Sequence record: DRR723986_1737
Strand: one strand, 5' to 3'
DNA length: 64,000 bases
Shown: positions 57,538 to 64,000 of the stretch, piece by piece
How positions within the stretch are numbered: position 1 is the first letter of the stretch
How the letters are laid out: each line of letters begins with the position of its first letter
Notes under the pieces: model-generated
Seen by the model: the letters and a program-made list of their open reading frames with translations, nothing else
What the model was told of the DNA's origin: nothing
The model's database searches: none
Program-made: the position numbers and the translations under genes

Positions 57538-59109
57538 ATGCCACATCCCAGCATCACCGCCCAGACCTACCCCCACAAGCCCGCCATTGTCATGGGGGAT
57601 TCCGGAGAGATGGTCACCTACCGGCAGCTGGATGAACGCTCCAACCAGGGCGCACAGCTGTTCCGCTCGCTGGGCCTGAAGAAGGGCGATCACATCGGCA
57701 TGATGCTGGAGAACTGCCGTCAGTTCCTGGAAATATGCTGGGCTGCGCAGCGCTCCGGCATAATCTTCACGCCGATCAGCACGCACCTGAAGCGCGATGA
57801 AACAGCCTATATTCTGGAAAACTGCGGCGCCAAATTGCTGATCGCGTCCCATTCCCTGGCGGCGGTCGCCGGTGAACTGGTGGAAGCCGCTACAGGCGTT
57901 CAACATTTCTTTATGGTCGACGGCATCGTGCCCGGTTTCGAGTCCTGGGAGGAGGCCGTTGACGGGCAACCGGAAGAGCCGATCGCCGACCAGGCCAACG
58001 GTGTGCCGATGCTCTACTCGTCGGGTACTACCGGCAAGCCCAAGGGGGTTTTCATTCCGCCCCACAGCGATGAATTTGATGCTCCGCATACGCTGGCCTC
58101 CACCCTGGGACTGGCCTTCGGCTTCAGCGAGGAAACCTCGTACCTGTCGCCGGCTCCGCTGTATCACGCAGCGCCGCTGCACTACAACATGATGGTGCTT
58201 TACCAGGGCGGCACCACCGTGGTGATGGAGAAGTTCGACCCCGAGCGCGCACTGCAACTCATCGAGGAACACCGGATCACCCACAGCCAGTGGGTGCCGA
58301 TCATGTTCATTCGCATGCTGAAGCTGTCCGAAGAGGTACGCAACCGCTACGACGTGAGCTCCATGCAGTTTGCCATTCACGCCGCAGCGCCGTGCCCCAT
58401 CGAGACCAAGGAGAAGATGATCGAATGGTGGGGCCCGGTGATCGTTGAGTATTACGCGGCCAGCGAGGGGATCGGGATCACTATTATCGATTCGGAGAAT
58501 TGGCTGACCCACAAGGGCTCAGTGGGGCCTTCCCTGTCGGGCACGCTGCACATCCTGGACGATGACGGTAATGAATTGCCCACGGGGGAGGTCGGTACGA
58601 TCTACTTCAGCGGCGAGCAGGCCACCTTCAAGTATCACGATGAGCCGGAGAAGACGGCTGGCGCCTATAACGAGAAGGGCTGGGCGACGACCGGCGATGT
58701 GGGCTACGTGGATGAAGACGGCTTTCTCTATCTCACGGACCGCAAGAATTTCATGATCATCAGCGGCGGGGTAAATATCTATCCCCAGGAGATTGAGAAC
58801 CTGCTGATTACCCATGAAAAAGTGGCTGACGTGGCGGTGTTCGGTATTCCGCACGAGGAATTCGGCGAGGAGGTCAAGGCGGTGGTGGAGCCCATGAACT
58901 GGGCAGATGCCACGGACGAGGTGGCGATAGAGCTGGTGGAATGGTTGCGCGAGCGCCTGTCGCACATCAAGGTGCCGCGCTCGCTGGATTTTCACGAGAA
59001 ACTGCCGCGGATGGATAACGGCAAGCTCTACAAGCGCCACCTGGTCGAGGAGTATCGCGCCGCGGCCCGCAGTGATGAAGGCCCCGGCCCGGATGATAAA
59101 ACGTCCTGA
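57538..59109 (+). CDS. Acyl-CoA synthetase (AMP-forming)
   Basis: YSSGTTGKPKG, YYAASE, TGDVG, DR...IISGG.NIYP.E, GKL. Confidence 0.94.
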   Translation: MPHPSITAQTYPHKPAIVMGDSGEMVTYRQLDERSNQGAQLFRSLGLKKGDHIGMMLENCRQFLEICWAAQRSGIIFTPISTHLKRDETAYILENCGAKLLIASHSLAAVAGELVEAATGVQHFFMVDGIVPGFESWEEAVDGQPEEPIADQANGVPMLYSSGTTGKPKGVFIPPHSDEFDAPHTLASTLGLAFGFSEETSYLSPAPLYHAAPLHYNMMVLYQGGTTVVMEKFDPERALQLIEEHRITHSQWVPIMFIRMLKLSEEVRNRYDVSSMQFAIHAAAPCPIETKEKMIEWWGPVIVEYYAASEGIGITIIDSENWLTHKGSVGPSLSGTLHILDDDGNELPTGEVGTIYFSGEQATFKYHDEPEKTAGAYNEKGWATTGDVGYVDEDGFLYLTDRKNFMIISGGVNIYPQEIENLLITHEKVADVAVFGIPHEEFGEEVKAVVEPMNWADATDEVAIELVEWLRERLSHIKVPRSLDFHEKLPRMDNGKLYKRHLVEEYRAAARSDEGPGPDDKTS

Positions 59110-59119
59110 GTCCTGAATT

Positions 59120-59150
59120 AAAAAACCCGCCCTGAGGCGGGTTTTTTTTT
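59120..59150. terminator. Bidirectional rho-independent terminator
   Basis: AAAAAACCCGCC-CTGA-GGCGGGTTTTTTTTT between convergent genes. Confidence 0.93.
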
Positions 59151-59159
59151 GAGCTGCCG

Positions 59160-61526
59160 CTAGAAGGTGTAATTCACCCGCAGGCCTATCTGGCGTGGCC
59201 GTATCACATTGTTGTAATACCGGCGCAAGTCAAAATCACCGACCTGGCGAACAAAACTGGTATCGGCCCGCACGCCGGTCACCGCGTACTTGTCGAAGGC
59301 GTTGTCCGCGTACAGGGTCATGGTCAGCGCATCGCGATACCAGGTGGCAGAAAGGTTGTTTAGCGCAAAGCCGGGCAGGGTCTCGCCACTATCCCGTTCG
59401 CCTACCTTGGTCAGCACATCGCTCTGGGCGGTCATCGTCCAGTCGAAGCTCAAGTCGCCATTGCCTCCCATCGGGATGGTGTAGCTCAGCCCCAGGCTGC
59501 CCTGGTGTTCCGGAGAGCCCGGTAGACGGTCGCCGTCGAGCGCGTCCTCTCCGTTGACAATACCCGGGGCATCCTCGGTGAGTTCTGCCTTGGTATAGGC
59601 ATAGGTCCCGGTCAACTCCAGGCGATCGCTGATCAGCCAGCGGCTTTCCAGTTCAATACCCTGGCTCAGGGCCTCGCTGCCGTTGCCGGTGATCGGGATC
59701 GCGCCGTTGGCAGTAATGTCATCGATCTGGATGTCGGTCCACTCGATGTAAAACAGTGAGGCGTTGAGCAGAAGCGTATTGCCAAACTGCGAGTGCAGGC
59801 CCAACTCATAGTTCAGGGTTTCATCCGGTTCATAGAGAACCTCGTCGGGCAGGGCGCAGACATTCTGCACTCCCGGCGGTAGTGGCTCGGGGCAGGCCGG
59901 AACCGGGTTAGCGCCACCGAGTCGATAACCCTCACTGACGGTGAAGAAGGCCATGATGTCATCGGTGAAGTAATACGAGGTATTCAGCTTGAACAGGGTA
60001 CCGTCGTCCTCGATTTTTTGCTGGTCGAGCAAGGGATTGATGGCATCCTGTGGTTCGCCGAAGAAGACCGTATTCAGCAGCGGTAAGTCGAAACCGGTGG
60101 TCACGTCGTCTTCGTACTCAAAGTACCGGGCACCCAGGGTGACCTGCCAGCGCTCGTTGAACGCATAAGCGATCTCGCCGAACACAGCCTGCTCGGTGAG
60201 TTCCTGTTCGGTTAGCTGGTAGTACTCGAGGGAGTCGGGGCGCAGCTGGATGCCGCCAAAGTTGTCCACCGCGAACTGGTCAAAACCCGGGGTGAACTCC
60301 TCTGATGTCGCATCCTGTTCAAACTCGTTGTAGAACAGACCGACGATCCAGCTCAGGCTGGCGTCACTGGTAGAGACCAGGCGCAGTTCCTGGTTGAAGC
60401 GGTCCTCCTCGGCGATCTCGCGGGTGAATGCGGCGAACGCGGGGAATTCTTCATAGCCATACTCAAAGTTGAGTAGCAGGTCGGTCTGGTCGCGTTGCCC
60501 CTGTTCGTCATAGCGCGATACCCCTGTTGCTGAGGTCAGCTCGGCGAAACCGAGATCCATGACCAGTTCCAGAGACAACAGTTCATTCTGGCGATCGTTG
60601 GGTTCGACGTAGCGGTGGGCAGACTCGTAGTCGCCGGTGCCGAATGCGTCGCGGTGATTGATCTGCCGGGCGCCCACTTCCATGTCCTGATAGTAGTAGG
60701 TCAGGGTGCCGTCCAATCGGTCGCCTGTATAGCGTACCGCGATCCGACCGGACAGCGTCTCCTCGTAGTTGGCATCTTCTTCCCGGCGCAGGTTGGCGCG
60801 CACATCGGCGGGATCGTTGAAGTCGGGCTGCGGATTGGAGACGCCGGGCTCCCGCACCAGGTAGTTGTAATCGATGAAGCCTGGGTCGTCGATATACTCC
60901 AGCGAGGCGCGTATCGCGAGCCGGTTGTCGATGATCGGTAGGTTGATCGTGCCGCCAAATTCGTAGCCGAGGTCACTGGATTCGCTGAGATCGTACAGGT
61001 CACCGCGCAGTTCGAACTCCATCGCATCAGATTGCGGTTTGTTCGGAATATAGCGAACTGCGCCGCCGAGGGTGCCGGATCCGTACAGCGTACCCTGCGG
61101 GCCGCGCAGTACCTCCACGCGTTCGAGGTCATAGGGTTTGAGGTCAACGTACAGCGGAATCTCGCCGATATAGGTGCCCACCGTGTCGCCGCTGGTATTG
61201 TTCAGGGCCTCCGACGCCTGCAGGGAATCAACATTGAGGCCGCGAATGGTAAGTACATTACCCCCTCTGGCCCCCTGGTCGACCACGGTCATGCCAGGCA
61301 CCCGGCGGGCGATGTCCGAGAGATTGGAGAGGCGCTCGCGCTCGATCATGTTCCCGCTAACTGCGGTGATGTTGATCGGTATGTCCTGGACTGACGCGGA
61401 GCGACGCGTCGCGGTGACGATAACCTCTTCGAGAGCACCCTGTTGCGCCAGCACGGGTGCCGGTGCCAGGGTCGCGGCGATTGCTGCGGAAAGTGTGCTG
61501 GTCTTGAATAATGTGATCTTCTTCAT
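59160..61526 (-). CDS. TonB-dependent outer membrane receptor
   Basis: Signal peptide, TonB box LEEVIVTA, VEVLRGPQGTLYG plug motif, C-terminal NYTF. Confidence 0.95.
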   Translation of the reverse strand: MKKITLFKTSTLSAAIAATLAPAPVLAQQGALEEVIVTATRRSASVQDIPINITAVSGNMIERERLSNLSDIARRVPGMTVVDQGARGGNVLTIRGLNVDSLQASEALNNTSGDTVGTYIGEIPLYVDLKPYDLERVEVLRGPQGTLYGSGTLGGAVRYIPNKPQSDAMEFELRGDLYDLSESSDLGYEFGGTINLPIIDNRLAIRASLEYIDDPGFIDYNYLVREPGVSNPQPDFNDPADVRANLRREEDANYEETLSGRIAVRYTGDRLDGTLTYYYQDMEVGARQINHRDAFGTGDYESAHRYVEPNDRQNELLSLELVMDLGFAELTSATGVSRYDEQGQRDQTDLLLNFEYGYEEFPAFAAFTREIAEEDRFNQELRLVSTSDASLSWIVGLFYNEFEQDATSEEFTPGFDQFAVDNFGGIQLRPDSLEYYQLTEQELTEQAVFGEIAYAFNERWQVTLGARYFEYEDDVTTGFDLPLLNTVFFGEPQDAINPLLDQQKIEDDGTLFKLNTSYYFTDDIMAFFTVSEGYRLGGANPVPACPEPLPPGVQNVCALPDEVLYEPDETLNYELGLHSQFGNTLLLNASLFYIEWTDIQIDDITANGAIPITGNGSEALSQGIELESRWLISDRLELTGTYAYTKAELTEDAPGIVNGEDALDGDRLPGSPEHQGSLGLSYTIPMGGNGDLSFDWTMTAQSDVLTKVGERDSGETLPGFALNNLSATWYRDALTMTLYADNAFDKYAVTGVRADTSFVRQVGDFDLRRYYNNVIRPRQIGLRVNYTF

Positions 61527-61776
61527 TGGTCCCCACCCATGTAATGCCTGCCTGTCTGCGGCAGATCTGAGCGTTTGAATATCCACATACGCCGGCGCTG
61601 GCGCAATCCCCTAACCCGGCAGAAGCGCTGTATTTGCGGTGAGATGACTGTTTGCTGCGATTATTGGCAGGGCTGGCGCTGCTCACCCTTTGCGGCGCTT
61701 CTGGCAAAAACCCCCAAGTGGGATAAGATCATGACTGTCATCGGCCAATCGCATATGCGTTCCGGGCGCCAGATTT

Positions 61777-63657
61777 ATGAATGAAGCCGTCGTAAAAACT
61801 CGCGCCATTCCCTCGTTCTGGGATCGCCATGAGTGGTCGATCATCGGCTTGTCCGCGGTATTTGCTTTTCTGCTCGGCTGCTGGGGCTACGCGAATGAGA
61901 TGACATTCGCCGCCAGCGGTGGGTCGAACACCTGGTGGGATGTTGTCTATGCCAGCCTGCAATTGTTCATTTTCGAAGGACCGGACGAGACAGCCGGTTG
62001 GCCACTGCAGCTGCAGATAGCCCGAGCGCTGGCGCCAATGGTACTGCTGTACACGGCAACAATGGCTATTTTCAACCGCACGGAGACTCAGATCGCGCTG
62101 TACAAGCTGTTATTCCGCAAACGTCGTTTCGTCGTTGTCTGCGGTGTCGGTGAAACAGGCTTCCGTATTGCGCGCGACTACCTGTGCCGTACCGACAAGG
62201 CGGTGGTGGTAATCGAAATAGACCCGATGAACGCGATGGCCGCCGAGCTGAGCAAGCTGGGCGCCATTGTGATTCATGGCAATGCGATGGATCCGATAAC
62301 CCTTGAGCGGGCACGCGTGGTGTACGCCAAGGAGGTTTTCCTCAGCACCAACGATGACCAGGCCAATATCGCGATAGCCAAGGCAGTTGATCGAATGACG
62401 CGCGCACTGACAGCGGCGGAAGTAGCCAAGATGGCGAAAGTTGTCCGACGTCATGAGCCGACAATAGCCGGCGAGGCGCCCTATGTGGGCTTGCGCGCAT
62501 TCCTTTGCGTTGATGAGCCGGGACTCTATGAGGTTTTTGCCGATCACCCGTTCTTTGCCCATGCCAACGAGCGCTTCGCGATTCGTATTTTCAACCGCAA
62601 GCAGACCATCGCCCGCAATCTGTTTACCCGTTGTGCGCCGGAAATGTACGGTTTTCCGCGGACAGCGGACGATGTTCCAATGCACGTCTTGCTGGTGGGT
62701 TTTGAAGCCCTGGTGCGGGAACTGATTCTGCAGACGGCGCTGACGGCGCACTATCCGGATTTTCGCCGTCCCCGCGTCACATTGCTGTGCCGCACGGAAA
62801 ACGAGGAAGCAGTAGAGCGCTTTCTCTATCGCTTTCCCAATCTGGCCGCCATTATTGACCTGAGACTGTGTTATCTCGACCCGCTAACGGTAACCGAGCA
62901 GCAGTGGCAGGAGTTACAGGGGGAGATCCGTTTTACAGTTGCTTATGTCGGCATGCGTCAGGATGTCGAATCCGTGCTGGCCGCACGTCGCCTCAACCGG
63001 CTGCGCCGACTACTGGAGGAGCAGCCCCTGAATATCGTCGTCTGCCTCAATCAGCAGACCTATCTTGCCGAGATCATCGATGACGATTTTCCCGCTGTTA
63101 CCGATGACAAGCACGCACTGCCAGCACGTGAGCCGATCGAGTATTTCGAGACGCTGGACGAAACCATCAATATCGATGTGGTGGTCAATGATGCTCTCGA
63201 TACGCTCGCTCGTACCATGCACAACGCCTACCGAGATACCCAGCTGGCGCGGGGGGAGAATCCCGTGGACAATCCCTCTCTGCTGCCCTGGTCGGAATTA
63301 CCAGCGCACAAGCGGCAGGCTAATCAGCACGCTGCCGCGCATATTCACACCAAGCTGCGCTGTGCCAACCGTGCCGTCAGGGCCGGTGCTGCCGTCAGTC
63401 CGGCCGATTTTCCGCAGGATGCCGCTACCCTGGAGGTGCTTGCGCAGCTGGAGCACCGTCGCTGGATGGCAGAAAAGCAGTTGGCGGGTTATGTCTATGG
63501 TGAGGTTCGGGACGAGGACCTGATGACCCATCCGGACCTTGTGCCCTGGGAGATGCTAAGCGAGCCGGTGAAGGAAAAAGACCGGGACGCGATCCGTCAG
63601 ATCCCGGAGATGCTTGCCCTGCAGGGCCTGCAGATTGTCCAGGCAGGACCGGTCTGA
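61777..63657 (+). CDS. Channel-like membrane protein: 2 TM plus pore-helix-like segment, TrkA-N/RCK domains and C-terminal RyR repeats
   Basis: TM-WWDVVYASLQLF-TM; VVCGVGETG and LLVGF Rossmann starts; LLPWSELP and LEHRRW...HPDLVPWEML...KEKD RyR motifs. Confidence 0.85.
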   Translation: MNEAVVKTRAIPSFWDRHEWSIIGLSAVFAFLLGCWGYANEMTFAASGGSNTWWDVVYASLQLFIFEGPDETAGWPLQLQIARALAPMVLLYTATMAIFNRTETQIALYKLLFRKRRFVVVCGVGETGFRIARDYLCRTDKAVVVIEIDPMNAMAAELSKLGAIVIHGNAMDPITLERARVVYAKEVFLSTNDDQANIAIAKAVDRMTRALTAAEVAKMAKVVRRHEPTIAGEAPYVGLRAFLCVDEPGLYEVFADHPFFAHANERFAIRIFNRKQTIARNLFTRCAPEMYGFPRTADDVPMHVLLVGFEALVRELILQTALTAHYPDFRRPRVTLLCRTENEEAVERFLYRFPNLAAIIDLRLCYLDPLTVTEQQWQELQGEIRFTVAYVGMRQDVESVLAARRLNRLRRLLEEQPLNIVVCLNQQTYLAEIIDDDFPAVTDDKHALPAREPIEYFETLDETINIDVVVNDALDTLARTMHNAYRDTQLARGENPVDNPSLLPWSELPAHKRQANQHAAAHIHTKLRCANRAVRAGAAVSPADFPQDAATLEVLAQLEHRRWMAEKQLAGYVYGEVRDEDLMTHPDLVPWEMLSEPVKEKDRDAIRQIPEMLALQGLQIVQAGPV

Positions 63658-63660
63658 GGA

Positions 63661-64000
63661 TCAGGCCCGGTCTGCTGGTGCCAGGGAGCCCGGCCCGCCG
63701 CTTGCAGGCTCGGTCGCAACGGTCTGGCGAATGAACGGCAGGTAGAACACGGGTAGCACGAACAGGGTGAACAGCGTACCTACGAGCATTCCCGCGGTAA
63801 TCATCAACCCGATACTGAAGCGCGCGTTGGCTCCCGCACCGCTGGCCATGATCAGTGGCCAGACACCCAGGACCGTGGCAAAGGTGGTCATCAGGATCGG
63901 GCGCAGGCGCAGTGACGCGGATTCAAGCACGGCGGCGCGGCGATCGAGGCCGGTCGTGCCCAACTGGTTGGCAAATTCCACGATCAGGATGCCGTGCTTG
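63661..64000 (-). CDS. RND efflux permease (AcrB family), C-terminal part, truncated by the window
   Basis: GILIVEFANQL, LRLRPILMTT, GAGA, FTLFVLPVFY. Confidence 0.92.
   Translation of the reverse strand, partial: KHGILIVEFANQLGTTGLDRRAAVLESASLRLRPILMTTFATVLGVWPLIMASGAGANARFSIGLMITAGMLVGTLFTLFVLPVFYLPFIRQTVATEPASGGPGSLAPADRA

Noticed and set aside
61527-61776. Cobalamin or TPP riboswitch, or Fur box, upstream of the TonB-dependent receptor
   Set aside because: No B12-box, TPP core or AT-rich Fur palindrome recognisable on the minus strand

Overview
A 64-kb chromosomal window from a GC-rich gammaproteobacterium. Gene content and protein style suggest a marine Halieaceae/OM60-NOR5-type organism; this is inference, not a database match. 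About 50 CDS are present; I found no rRNA, tRNA, CRISPR array, integrase or transposase. In order: (1) 1-2.9 kb, a visibly lower-GC run of four short unrelated genes, each bracketed by copies of one palindromic ~65-bp element (cassette-like array); (2) SDR, methyltransferase, CoA-transferase and a Fur-boxed Fe3+ ABC transporter; (3) a 12.1-24.9 kb surface/signalling locus: membrane Ser/Thr kinase with a repeated DxT-hydrophobic N-terminus, lipoprotein alpha/beta-hydrolase, exported SEL1-caspase (peptidase C14), Ig-repeat autotransporter, RTX protein and PrtD/PrtE-type type I exporter; (4) housekeeping and metabolic genes (gdhA, arfB, a stand-alone class I-like HMG-CoA reductase, M1 aminopeptidase, a halohydrin dehalogenase-motif enzyme coupled to recQ, an AphA-like PadR regulator with two palindromic operators, exeAB, phoA, amt, epoxide hydrolase, ppx, wax ester synthase); (5) a 7-gene operon at 50.5-56.5 kb joining both halves of D-glutamate cyclase (DUF1445, DUF4392) with pxpABC, D-amino acid aminotransferase and alanine racemase; (6) tesB, acyl-CoA synthetase, a TonB-dependent receptor, a 2TM-RCK-RyR channel-like protein and the 3' end of an RND permease. 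Best candidates for undescribed systems: the kinase-caspase-autotransporter-RTX locus, the D-Glu/5-oxoproline operon and the palindrome-delimited gene array. All family assignments come from motif recognition by eye.
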